Shown: positions 40,770-53,287, counted from the stretch's first letter. The stretch: 64,000 nucleotides of DNA from Hemiscyllium ocellatum (GCF_020745735.1 NC_083408.1:76228484-76292483), one strand, 5' to 3'. A program made the numbers and translations. Notes: generated from the letters alone by a model not told the origin.

Positions 40770-42237
40770 CATAGCTAAAGTGATTGCTCGGCCCCCTTGT
40801 TGAGATACTTGTATCATCAATAGCCATGGGTGAAGTCCTGAAATATTGGAGGCTAGCTAACAAGGTGCCGCTATTTAAGAAAGGTGTTAAGGAAAAGCTA
40901 GGGAACTATAGATGAGTGAATCTGACATCAGTGGTGAATAAATTGTTGGACGGCATTCTGAGGGACAGGATTTACAAATATTTGGAAAGGCAAGGACTCA
41001 TTAGGAATTGTCCACATGGCTTTGTGCTTGGGAAATTGTGTGTCACTAACTTGATTGAGTTTTTTCCAGTGACAAAGAAGATTGATGAAGGCAGATGTTG
41101 TGGATGTTGTCTACATGGACCTCAGCAAGATGTTCAACAAGGTTCTGCAAGGTAGACTAGTAGCAAGATTAAATCACATAGAATCCAGGGAGAGCGAGCC
41201 ATTTGGATACAAAATTGGTTTGAGGGTTGGAGGCAGAAGGTGGTTTCTCAGACTGGAGGGCTATGACCAGCGACGTGCCACAAGGATTGGTTCTGGGTCC
41301 AATGCTTTTTGGCATGTATATACATGATTTGGGTGTCAATATAGGAGGAATGATTAGTAAGTTTGGAGATGACACCAAAATTGGTGATGTAGTGGACAGT
41401 GAAGAGGTTATCTCCGAGTACATGGGACCTTGATCAGATAAGCTGAAGAGTGGCAGATGGAGTTTAATTTAGATAAATGTGAGTTCCTGCATTTTGGTAA
41501 GACAAATTAGGACAGAACTTATACACTTAATGGCAAAGTTCTGGGGAGTGTTGTTGACCAAGGAGATCTTGGAGCACGGGTTCAAAATTCCTAATGGAGG
41601 AGTCGTTTGGTATGCTTGCCTTTATTGGTCAGTGCTTTAAGTATAGAAGTTGGGATGTCATGTTGCGGCTGTATGGACATTGATTAAGCCACTTTGGAAA
41701 AGTGCCTTCAATTCTGGTTTCTTTCCTATAGGAAAGATGTTAAACTTGAAAGGGTGCAGAAAATATTGACAAGGACTTTGCCAGGTTTGGAGGCTTTGAC
41801 CTATAGGGAGAGGCTGACGATACTAGGGCTATTTTTCCTGGAGCATCGGAGGCTGAGGGGTGACCTTATAGAGGTTGAAAATCGTGAAGGACATGGATAG
41901 GCTAAACAGTCTAGGTCTTTTTCCCGGGGTAGAGGAATCCAAAACTAGAGGGCATAGGTTTAAATTAAGAGGGGAATGATTTAGAAGGGACTTAAGGAGA
42001 ATCTTTTCATGCAGAGGGTGATGCATGAATGGAGTGAGCTGCCAGAGGAGATAGTGGAGGCTGATACAATTACAGCATTTAAAAAGCATCTAGATGGGTA
42101 TTTGAATAGGATAAATTTAGAGGGATATGGGCCAAACACTGGCAAATAGGACTAGATTAATTTAGGATATCTGGCTGGGGTATGGACAAGTTGTACAAAA
42201 GGGTCTGTTTCCGTGCTGTACAACTCTATGACTCTAC
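40770..42237 (+). mobile_element. CR1 LINE between COA8 and KLC1
   Basis: RT motifs (KFGDDTKIG) and the tail ctctatgactcta. Confidence 0.9.
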
Positions 42238-45163
42238 GTCTGCACTAGCCAAAACAACAAGCTATCTAACCTAATAAAAGCAAGTACTGCGCTAGGAGCC
42301 TGAAATAAAAATGGAAAGTGCTGGAGAAACACAACAGGTCTAGCAGCATCTGTGGAGAGAAGAAAGCAAAGTTAATACTTCAAATCCAACGACTCTTCTT
42401 CAAAATATTCAACCTAACCCCAGTTTGCGGCATCTAGTTCATATCCCTACAGGTTACGGCACTTTAGGTGCAAATTCAGAGACCTTATAAATATGTTGAG
42501 GATTTTTGCATCTACTACTCTTTCAGGCAGTAATTTTCAGGTCCCAAGTATCTTTGTGGTGAAAATAATTCTGCCTTCATTTGCTGTGAAACCACAGGAA
42601 TGTGTGGCAAGGCAAAAGGGGCACTTTTCAAAAAAATAAACCTGGAGCATTTCTTTGTTCAATTATACTTGGCATGCAAGTATTAACAGAATGGAGGAGG
42701 TTTGTGTATTACTGAGCATCCTCTTCACGTGTTTAGGATGGTTTCCTTTCTTTATTACTCAATGTCTCTATTTATAAAATTAAAGATCACAAATGTATCT
42801 TTAATCGCATTCTCAACATGTTTCTTGTGTTCTTAACATGAAAGGAAGAGCATTGATGAAGTAGATAGTTGTTCTGAGGACACTGCCCTGAAGCACTTCT
42901 ACCATCAATGTCCTTGGGTAGAGATAGCAGACCTCAAACAATTACAACTATTTTCCTTTGCGCTCCATAGAACTCCAACCAGTGGAGAGCATTCAATACT
43001 CATTGATTTCAAATCTTCTTGGACTCCCTAATGTGACAGTTGATCAAATGCTGCCTTGATATTAAAGGCAATAATTTTCACCTTACCCTGGAACTTGGTT
43101 CCTTTATCCAAGTTTGACTCAAGTCTGTAATGAGGTTTAGAGCTGATTTGTCCTGGCAAAATCTAAGTGCTACTCGATATCTTGATGATATCTTTCATCA
43201 TTGATGGCTGAGAATAGATTCAGGGCAGTAATTGGCTTTGTCCAGGACATATTTAGACAATTTTCCATTTTGTCAGATAGATAACATGTTGTAGCTTTGC
43301 TGGAATAGCTTTGTTACAGCCACTATTAGTTCAAGAGCATGGGTGTTTTGGGAGAGTTTAGGACCAGAGGGCATAATCTCAGAGTAAAGGAATTTCTTCT
43401 TTCAGAGAGTAGCGAAGCTATGGCATTCACCATCACAGAGGGCTATAGAGTCAAATATATTCAAGGCCATGATAGGTTTTTAATAAGGAAGAGAATCACG
43501 TTATGGGAAAAATGCAGGAAAATGGATTTGAGAATTATCAGATCAGCCATGATCTCAATGAATAGCAGAACAAATTCAATGGGCTGAATGGCCTACCTCT
43601 GCTCCTGTGTCTTAAGGTCTTAGCTAGAGTGCTGAATGCTTAAAATGTTGTCAGGGCCCAGAGTCGTCTACTTTCTATGAGGCCTAGTAAAAGATTGTAG
43701 ACTTTTTATACTTTAATCATCTTGTCAATTAAAAAGTTAATACAGTTTTGCATACATAACATCCCTGGTTAGTTACCCAATATTTATCAATCTCTGCAAG
43801 AAGTTATATATTAACTATGTAGTAATTTTTTTCTCACTTAAATTTCAATTCACGTTTCTTTGCAGTAGCTTGCAGTTTAGCAGAACAGAGTAATAATGAA
43901 TGTGGTGAAGATTTCCATGTATACATTAGGAGGCTTATGTTAAAACCAGAAACGTTTGAGGCAAGGACACCAGGAAGAGCCAACGTGGGCTAACATAGGC
44001 TTTAAATTGAAATGCTGGATAGTTCAGTTCAAATTTGTCAAGCAGTCTACACAATGATATGCAAAGAAGCAACTCAAAAGATACTTAGATACTCCATGCT
44101 AATTTACATCATAAATCTAATCATCAGCTAAAAAGTAGTAGGAGAAGTTGCACAACATAAGGGTTTAGTAATGATCACAAATAAACAAGAGGATGCCCAG
44201 TAACCTCTCAACCTCCTAGAGGACCATCATCACCAGTAATCGAACTGGACAAAAGAAATTAAAATCTCTAAAGCTTTAAAGGCAGAACAGAGATTTGGCA
44301 CCCTGCAATGTGCACATTTACTTTAGAAGTAATAAAATGCATGTTTCAGAAATAATGAAACCATAATTCAATCTCTCTGTTCAAATTGTCACATTGTATC
44401 TCTTGAAATTGATAGCAAAGCCAATTGAGCAAGTATTTTAATTTCTCAGTTTTCTTATCTTCGCTCCTAATAAAGTAAATGACGTGGCTAAGTAGAGAAA
44501 ATACTACAAAAGGTGAAGAATTTTCTGAGATGCACCAGATTCCAAATGCAATAATATCTAATACAATACATACACAATACCATCAATAAAACTCTAATTT
44601 TATTTGAGTGGTTGATAATAAAATAAAATCTAGCTCCTCAGATGGTTTGGGAGAAAATTACATGGTGTGTGTTAATGAGTGATTCAGACTAGCAGATTTA
44701 TCTTCTCAACAAATTGATTCAGTGCCTCAGACTTGGAGTTAGGAGAAAGGAGAGAAACCGCCTCCAACTTCCAATCATTATGCAGTGACAATTGCCAGAA
44801 AATGGATGCGTATGGATATGAAGATTGGAATTGGTTATGATTTTAAAATTGCTCAATAGTATATTGAATAGTGAAAACTCATGTTTAAAACTGTGGAATC
44901 TACTGGCTTAAACAAAGTTACTGGTTTCTACTGAGATAAAATAGCAAAAAACTGGTATTCTTCCATTTCTCATTAAAGAAGAATTTTCGATTGCTGTGCA
45001 ATTAATGGGCTCTTATAAACTTTGTGATCAGTTATTGTTTTATTGTTTTATTAGAGTTCTTTTTAACTGATCTGTTCACAGATGTTATTACACACCCCTG
45101 GAACAGGTGGAACATGAACCCGACACTATTACACAAACACAAGGGTTGAAAACACACAATGTC

Positions 45164-45169
45164 TTTATT
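45164..45169 (-). terminator. Candidate COA8 polyadenylation signal (AATAAA); alternatives are ATTAAA at 45463-45468 and further AATAAA near 45040-45052
   Basis: TTTATT on the + strand about 400 nt downstream of the COA8 stop. Actual usage is unknown. Confidence 0.4.
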
Positions 45170-45208
45170 TATAAGATAAACACAGAATATACATCATAAT
45201 TTGATTAC

Positions 45209-45426
45209 TGTTGTGGCTCTGTTCGCTGAGCTGACAACCAGAAGCGGCAGATTCAAACCACTACAAATGCCGGAGGAAAGATCACAGAAGCGCTTCACAG
45301 GAGGCTCCCAAGCACTGAGGATGTCACCTAGACAGGGGACGAAACGTCTGCAACACAAATTCCCAGCTCGGCGAACAGAACCACAACAACGAGCACCCGA
45401 GCTACAAATCTTCTCACAAACTTTGA
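45209..45426 (+). mobile_element. Young 5'-truncated Penelope-like element end with an inverted 5' segment and a 13-bp TSD
   Basis: TSD ATAATTTGATTAC at 45196-45208 and 45427-45439. The segment 45209-45232 is an inverted copy of about 45364-45388. Contains the hammerhead, and CpGs are retained. Confidence 0.8.
45312..45351 (+). ncRNA. Minimal type I hammerhead ribozyme (Penelope-type)
   Basis: gca-CTGAGGA-t-gtcacct(agac)aggggac-GAAA-CG-TC-tgc: stem I gca/tgc, intact core, stem II with 6 of 7 pairs, palindromic ACGT at helix III, GUC cleavage triplet. Confidence 0.8.
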
Positions 45427-45572
45427 ATAATTTGATTACAATTGTGTATGTCTTAGGATACCTTTAATTCAAGATGCTAAAATTTATAACCAGATCTTAA
45501 TATCCTCATGACAGAGTTAAGTTTCAACTCCAAGCATTTACATCCTATTAAACTTTTCATTGAACAGGATAT

Positions 45573-45675
45573 TCATTGTTCGACTTCCTTCCTCTTTCTC
45601 AGTTTCCTCCAGGCATTCTGCAGCACAACTCGACCCATTAACCATGTGATAGTAAAATTACGCTTGTACCATTCC
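45573..45675 (-). CDS. COA8: COA8 last coding exon (exon 5)
   Basis: (K)EWYKRNFTITWLMGRVVLQNAWRKLRKRKEVEQ*, matching COA8 DWYKRNFAITFFMGKVAL. Acceptor ttcttcaattag|G, stop TGA at 45573-45575. Confidence 0.94.
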
Positions 45676-46503
45676 CTAATTGAAGAAACATGGAAAAAGT
45701 GACTTATTCATTTGACAACGTTCACTAGGTTATAAGGTTATACCTAATTTAGGCATGAAACTTCAGAGTATTACAATGTTGAGCAATGTATTTCAGCAAT
45801 TTCCTTTCTATCCAGCAATATATAAATGGTTTGATTTCAACCTGTTGACAATAATAATACCTTGGTAAAGGTGAGGAAAAAATGAAGAACTTTGATAAGA
45901 ATCTCAAATTTTAAATCTGTTTTTATTAGCCTCTCCATTTTCATATAGCTATTATTCACCTCACTACAATGTACTTTCGGGACAAAAAGTGAACAGGGCT
46001 TCTTTAAAATTTCTGGTCAGTTTTCTCCTTCACTTACGAATGTAATGTTGCAATGCTACATATATGTTCTACTTAAAACCATCAGATTTATTGATCAGAT
46101 CTCAATATTGGTAGGGAAGTTTATAGATTGTAAAGCAAGTGATTATTTATTTTAATTTGCTATATGTACATAGCTATAGTGGTATATAACAATATAACTT
46201 ACAGAAATAATCACACTAACATTATTCTTTATGTCCAAGAATATATTACTTTTCAAGCACAGCAGACTACACTAAGTTCTGATATAGAGTGACCGGACTT
46301 GAAACATGAACTCTGTTTTCTTCCCACAAATGTTGCCAGACCTGCTGAGTTTTTCCAGCAATTTCTGCTTTTGTTTCTGATCTCCAGCATCCGCAGTTCT
46401 TTGTTTCATACCACACTGCCAATTAATTTGTAGCCCTCTTAATAAAATCAAATATTTAAACATTGTTTACACTATTTAAAATTTAATCAGCAGGTTGACT
46501 TAC

Positions 46504-46594
46504 TTATTATAGTTCACATGTTTATTATAATTTACATCAAGAAAATCCTTATAAAATTCAGCCATCTCTTCTGCACTGAGAGTATTTTTTCTCC
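46504..46594 (-). CDS. COA8: COA8 exon 4
   Basis: (G)[29 protein letters not shown] plus AA, matching COA8 TLNAEEMADFYKEFL. Acceptor tttttcag|GG, donor AA|gtaagt. 91 nt, phases fit exons 3 and 5. Confidence 0.94.
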
Positions 46595-47809
46595 CTGAAA
46601 AATATAATATCACCAATTAAAATCATAAGCACTGTCTAAGATATAAACTTATATGATCAGATGCTATTAAATGAAGCTGCCTTGAGTAAAAAGCATCTTA
46701 TAGATATTTAAGAACTAGAAACAGAACGGCATTCCAGTTATAATTTATTCTTAGCTGAGTATTTTACTGAGCACAAGCAAAAAGACATAAAAAAAAGTAA
46801 GAAATTGATTCATTTCACACTTGTCTGTTCTTTGGTAAAGATTGGTTTTCAAATAGAAATAACAATTTTTGTTTAATTATACAATTCAATGAATATCATT
46901 CTCAGCAATCACATTTCAATGCAGATGAATTCCTACAATTTTCTTCACACATTGCTAACTATAAAGACAGATAGACATGTTCTCACCGTTGTTAAAAGGT
47001 AGTTTTCCCCCCTGAGATGACCAGATTCAGAGGTCCTTGTATTCAGGTTGAACCTTTCAATAGTGCATCACAGTTTTTAAAAAAATTAGATTTTTGTAAA
47101 ATAAAACTAAATTTGTATAACTTAACTGAAATTATTTTAAAACTCCTTCCCATTCAGATGCACTGTTCCAAATTGGTGTTAACTAACCAAGATCTATTCC
47201 TCATGCCACACAATAAGTATGTCAATGCAGCCTAGTCAACTTTCTCACATTCTAATTTCTTTACTGAGAGATATGAATTTTTGCATCACACGTAATGGAA
47301 AATTGTAAACATAAACCAGAACTAAGATAATCAATTAAAAAGAAAGAACTAAAGATCAGAAGAAATGTTTTAAGAGGTTTATTAGGATATGCTTCAACCT
47401 AAACGATTCAGTCAGGAACAGTCAGCAACACATGTATTTAATTAAAATATACATATAATGTATAATATATAGACATAAGTAAAGGTCAGAGAAATGAGAA
47501 AAGAGTAGATGGTTCCAGCTGCACAGGCATGATATCTAATGGCAAATTTCTGACTCCATGTTCTGATGTGATACAACGTAAAATTAGAGAATTGAATACA
47601 AATGCAGCATATTACTGGAAAAGTAAACTGTTTTAGCTCCATAAAATTTCCACTGAATTGAAGTATCACAATAAAAAAAAGGCTAGGGCACAACTGATAA
47701 ATCTAAAGTATTTCAAATTTTCAGCTCAATGAAACATATTCCTAGCTTATACAATTCAATTTAAAAGCTACACCTTACCTTCCAAAGCCTCTATAAAATT
47801 CCTCCTATC

Positions 47810-48420
47810 TTATCAACATTCTGTGGATTGCCATTAACAAGAAAGTAAAATGGATAAGCCATATAAATACTGTGGCCATACGACCAATTCAGAGACTAGG
47901 AATTCTGTAGCGAGCAACTTAATTCCTGATACACCAACGTTGGTCTACCATCCTCGAAGACATATCAGGAGTATGATGGAATATTCTTCATTTGCCTCCA
48001 ACAACATTCAAACACAAAACAGCTCTTCACTAGCAGTGCAACCACAGTTACAAAACTTTTACTTCCTTCACCACAGATGCACAGTGGCAACAGTATGTAC
48101 CATCAACAAGATTATGGCAGCAACCTATCAAGGCTGCTTCAGTACACATTCCAGACTTTTGACCTCTACCTCCAACAAGGGCAGAAAATGCATGAAAACT
48201 CCACTACTTGCAAGTTCCTCTCCAAACTTCCATCATAACTTGGAAACATATAATTATTTTGCTACTGCTGGGTTAAATATCTTCTTAATGGCACTGTGGA
48301 TGCTCATGACCTGCAGCAATTCAAGCAAGCAGCTCACCATTACCTTCAAGAACAATTAAGGATAGGCATTAAATGCTGGCCTATTCAGCAATACACACAT
48401 TCCATGAACAATTAATAATA
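47810..48420 (+). mobile_element. 3' fragment of the L2/Crack-like LINE
   Basis: HINTVA and IRSMMEYS motifs, and the tail ggataggcattaaatgctggcc. Confidence 0.7.
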
Positions 48421-49375
48421 AACATTCACTCCTTGGTGCACTGGAGCTTTAATATATGAAGCCATTGATGCCTGGAATTCCCAACTGGGATACTAATATC
48501 ACAGGTATTGACACACAACTTTGCTCCACAGAGAGGAAGTGCAGAAAAAGATCACGGATCAGCCTAAAGAAAAACACTTGCACATCTCCTAGTGGCCAGT
48601 TATAGAATAGCATTTAAAATGGGATTTGTGGCCTGAAAGCTAGTGGAGATCACGAAAAATAAACTGAATAATACTAAATTTGAAAAGCTGAAAAGGGGAC
48701 CAATGCTTCAATGTCACGCAAAGCTACTACCTGTTGCCAGAGAGCAAAACAGATTCTTGGTATTGAGTTAATTCAGTCCAAAAACACATACACTAGCAAA
48801 GTAAATTACTTGATGTCAGTGTCCAACCTCTTAATGCCATAATGTCACAAGTAAGGTATTATGTGTTACGAGATAAGAGTTGTTATTGGCCAAATTGAGT
48901 TCTGATGTTTAATAAGGAATTTATGAGCAGGAATTGTAATTCAAGTGGCATCAATTTAAATAATCTGCAGGTGGATGAAAAATACTAAAATTTGTAAATG
49001 TTGAAAGACATTGCCATCAGTCATGTATAGTACTTTACCTTCAGTGATATTAAGTTCTGTGCAGATCATCTCCCTTCACAGTGAAAGTTCTACATAAGGT
49101 TGGAGTTTCTTCAATAGTTTTTAAAACATGGTAACAAGGGATCTTTAAAACTAAAGACCAAGAACGCTCAAACACTCTAAAGAATATTCAGTGATGCACA
49201 CTCCTCAATCAATATCAACATTTTATATACATTCACAACAATCTAAATAGAATTACTGCACAAACTTGTTTATTTATATTTCTTACAGACAATATTTTAC
49301 AACAATATTGCATGAATTTAAAAAATATGTATAGGTACCTAATTGAAATAAAAATTAAGGTTATGGTTTACCCAC

Positions 49376-49439
49376 CTTCCTCATCTCTTAATGCTATTCC
49401 TTTTGCCTTTAAGCGGGAGTGTATGAATTTCTCTTTCTC
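49376..49439 (-). CDS. COA8: COA8/APOPT1 (cytochrome c oxidase assembly factor 8) exon 3
   Basis: EKEKFIHSRLKAKGIALRDEE plus G, matching COA8 EKEEFIHSRLKTKG. Acceptor tttctttccag|GAG, donor GAAG|gtgggt. 64 nt. Confidence 0.93.
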
Positions 49440-50059
49440 CTGGAAAGAAATGAACAACATTTTACCGAAAGCAGATACAGCTGTACAGCACTTTTACAAT
49501 TTGATGCAATGTTGAATTTAAGAGATGTCACAATATTACTTGCAGATAAGAAGTGAAATATTTTATGCTGAAAACTGAAGAACTTTCCCCTGTGGTTTAC
49601 TTTAATTTGTGTGCATTTCAAAACAAATATGTGTATTCGTCAAATACTGAATCTGAAACTTATTGCTTCTGAGAAAAACTGCAAACCTCAGATAGCACAC
49701 CGTATAATGTCCTGAGAGAGAAGTTGATTGATCCCAGGATTATGCTAGAGGCAAGTCTGGGTCTGTCTTATTGGCTCCTAACATGGGAAAGAAATGTCAC
49801 AATGAAGCAGACTTCAACAAAAGATTCTGACATCTTTTTTGAGAAAGGCAAATTGGCAATCTCAGCCAGACTACTGCCACGGGACATCTGCAGCAGAAAG
49901 TTTGGACAACTTATTCTGATTTTTAAAAAAATTCTTCTACCTCTCTACCTGGGGGGAAAAATTAGTCTATTTCCTTAAGCTGCAAGTAGACTGTTTTTTC
50001 CCGTGTAATTAATATGCTCTAAAGAGAAATGATATAGAGATATGCGACAAAGTTTTTGA

Positions 50060-50985
50060 GCTGGTAAGAAATCAGAAATGGAAGTTATGGATCAGAAGGT
50101 GAAGTCTTTGATAGAAAGATAGGAGGAGCAGAGTTGTAATCTCAGGAATGCTGCCAGTGCCATGGGCTAATGATACTAGGAACAGAGAGCAAGTGCAGAT
50201 GAGCAGGTGGCTGCAGGGCTGGTATAGGAGGGACGGCTTCAGATATATGTGGATCATCTGAGGAACGTAGGACCTGTACAAGGATAGGTTGCACCTGAAC
50301 TGAAGGGGCACCAATATCCTGGTAGGGCGGTTTGTTAGAGCTCTTCGGCTGGGTTTACACTAGTCTAGCAGGGGGTGGGGGCCAGATCTATGGATCTGAG
50401 GGTGAAGTAGCTACTGAACAGCCAGATACAGCATGCAAAGAGTCAGTGAGGAAGGATAGACAGCTGAGAGGGACCTTGTTGTTTGTGAAGACAGCATGAA
50501 ACAGGCTGATTTGCTTGAACAGATTTACGTTAAGAAGAAGGATATGCTGAAAAGTTTGAAAAAGACAAGGATAATAGATAAGTCCCCTGGGCCAGACAGG
50601 ATATACCCAAGGTGTCTACTTAAAGCGAGGAAAACGATTGCTGCACCAATGGCAATGACCTTTGGATCCTCACTGTCTACTGGAGTAGTGCCAGATGATT
50701 GGAGGGTGGCTTTCATTAGCAGGGGGATTGAGTTTAAGAGCTACAAGGTTAGCTACAGCTCTGTAGAACCTAGTTAAACCACACTTGGAATAGTGTGTTC
50801 CGTTCTGGTCACCTCATTACAGGAAGGATGTTGAAGCTTTAGAGAAGGTGCAGAGATTTACCAGGATGCTGCCTGGACTGGAGGGTATGTGTTATGAAGA
50901 AAGGTTGAGGGAGCTAGGGCTTTTCTCATTGGAGCAAAAAAGGATGAGAGGTGACTTGACAGAGGTGTACAAGATGACAAGAGTG
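50060..50985 (+). mobile_element. Internally deleted CR1 (ORF1 piece joined to ORF2 pieces)
   Basis: ORF1-like segment at 50090-50470, then DKSPGPDRIYPR...DDWRVA joined directly to FISRGIEFKS. Confidence 0.75.
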
Positions 50986-51253
50986 TTATGAAGGTGTAAG
51001 TGTATACTGTACCTTTAAGAGAGACTGAAGGCTGGCAAGGACTGACTGAAAGCACAGAGTGTGTTGAACTATTTAAAAACGTAATATTTGGTTGCAAAAC
51101 AAATAGCTGGAGTGCGTTGCCATGGTACACAACAAATTGCACTGATGCGGAGTGATGCCACCCAGTTCAATTCCCGCACTAACTGAGGTTACCATGAAGA
51201 ATTCTCCTTCTCAACCCCTTCCCTTGCCGAAGTGCAGTAACTTGCAGGTTAAA

Positions 51254-51477
51254 GTCAATGTTAAATAAACATGGAGCCAGAAAAAGCACAGCAGGTCAAA
51301 CAGCATCATAAGAGCAGGAGAGTCAACATTTCAGGCAGGGCCCTTCAGCAGGACATGGTGAAATGTCCTGCCTGATATATCAACTCTTCTGCTCTTCTGA
51401 TGCTGCTTGACCTGATATACTTTTTCCGGCTCCACGTTTTATCGACTCTGACTTTCCATCATCTGCAGTCCGACTTT
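51254..51477. mobile_element. Mini foldback PLE with a 9-bp TSD, inserted in a SINE
   Basis: CAGGTTAAA at 51245-51253 and 51478-51486. Inverted arms (aaaagcacagcaggtcaa versus ttgacctg..tactttt) and a decayed hammerhead core. Confidence 0.72.
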
Positions 51478-51708
51478 CAGGTTAAACTGCCACTTATTAA
51501 CTCTCTCTAATGAGAGAGCAGCCCTATGATCCTCCACATGTATGAAGACTTTATCGTTGGAGAAGTACCACTGCGAAAGCCTTTGCAAGAGCTTCTCATG
51601 ACCAGTGTCAAGAAAGGCAGTCCAATAGCAATGTTTTCTGCAGTCAAACTTATCCACCAACTCACAGATGTTCTTGGCTTATGATTGACCAAAATACAGA
51701 AGTTTTTT

Positions 51709-52009
51709 TTAGATTAGATTACCTACAGTGTGGAAACAGGCCCTTCGGCCCAACAAGTCCACACCGACCCACCGAAGCGCAACCCACCCATACCCCTTCA
51801 CCTAACACTATGGGCAATTTAGCATGGCCAATGAATCTGACCTGCATATCTTTGGACTGTGGGAGGAAACCGGAGTACCCGGAGGAAACCCACGCAGACA
51901 CAGGGACAATGTGCAAACTCCACACAGTCAGTCACCTGAGGTGGGAAATGAACCCGGGTCTCTGGCGCTGTGAGGCAGCAGTGCTAACCACTGTGCCACC
52001 GTGCTGCCC
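51709..52009 (-). mobile_element. Full-length HE1/V-SINE-type tRNA-derived SINE
   Basis: Head ggcagcacggtggcacagtggttagcactgctgcctcacagcgccagagacccgggttc (A and B boxes), central ggtttcctccggg..ctccggtttcctccc, CR1-like tail and (aatct)n end. Confidence 0.92.
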
Positions 52010-52873
52010 ACAAAGTCGCATTCAGAAAGGTACCAAATCTTGATCAGTAGGGGAATCAAGGTTTACGGGGAAAGCACAGGAAAGTTAGATCAGAGCAGGT
52101 TCAAGGGGCCAAATAGACTACTCCTGTTCCAATTTCTTAATACAAAAATACTCTCAGGATTGCGCGAAGATGTTAGAAAATATACAAACCTCTAGGCAAC
52201 TTATCTATCCAACTCTTCAAGTACAGTTTGCTCCCCATGTAGTAGAGTTTGCAGATTTCACATTGGACTTAATGGTCAGCTCAGAATCCAAAAAAGAAAC
52301 CACAGGGGAAGGCTAGTCATCCTAGATCCTGAGGGACTACTTAAAGATCTGAATTTAAACATTGCCTTTTGGTTACCTATTCCACCAATCTGTTCTCTTG
52401 AAGTCTATTACCACACACCTCATTATTCATCAGATTTTTAAAATTCTAAGGGATATTGGCCCAAGTAATGACCTTTGAGCAATACTGCTGTTTGCCATCA
52501 TCCAGTTTAAAAATGCCCACATTTACTCTGTTTCCTGTCACTTGACCAATTCTGCATCCATGTCACCCCTTTTATTACATGGGTTTCAAATCAGTTAATA
52601 AGCCTTGACAAAATATTTAATGAAACCACTCTTTGAAGCCTATACACCAAACCCCTCTTATCATCTGCCTTATCAAGTTTAAGTTCACCTGAGAATGTAA
52701 ATTTGTAAAATGTTTTGTGATTTACATATGAAAGAAGTGAAACTAACACGGTCATTCTGACAGATGAGAAACTTAACAAATAATCAAGTTATTTTTCAAT
52801 GTATAATTTCAGTTATATCACATTGTAAACTTTTGCTATAAATTCTGTGTCTTATAATTGTGTACTCCACAAC

Positions 52874-52908
52874 CACCTGATGAAGAAGCAGTGCTCTGAA
52901 AGCTAGTG
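52874..52908 (+). ncRNA. Minimal hammerhead ribozyme in a PLE 3' end (element about 52675-52997)
   Basis: cac-CTGATGA-a-gaagc(agt)gctct-GAAA-GC-TA-gtg: stem I cac/gtg, palindromic AGCT, imperfect stem II. Confidence 0.68.
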
Positions 52909-53104
52909 CTTCCAATTAAACCTGTTGGACTATAACCTGGTGTTGTGTGATTTTTAATTTTGTACACCCCAGTCCAACACCAGCATCTCCAAATCATTTC
53001 CAAAACTGATTTAGAACGAATCTGTGTACATTTTAAAGTTGGAAGGAACATTTAGTACATTAATTTTAAACAGTTAGCCAAATGAATCTTATGTTTAGAA
53101 GTTA

Positions 53105-53287
53105 GGGCGTTGGTTAGCTTAGTTGGCTTGATGGCTGGTTTGCAATACAGGGTGACACCAACTATGCAGTTTCAATTTCCATACAAACTAAAAGTCCTGC
53201 CTTCTCAACCTCACTCCTCACCTAAGGCATGATAACTCTCAATCATCTCAGAGTACAGTCTTTGGTCCCCTGGAACTATGTTGGTCC
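53105..53287 (+). mobile_element. tRNA-derived SINE of another family (a relative lies at about 51145-51555)
   Basis: Head ggttagcttagttggc. Body ccttctcaacc shared with the 51.2-kb copy. Confidence 0.55.

Noticed and set aside
51930-52009. tRNA gene (A and B boxes), also at 10008-10080
   Set aside because: The sequence continues into a SINE body and LINE-like tail, so it is a SINE head and not a tRNA.
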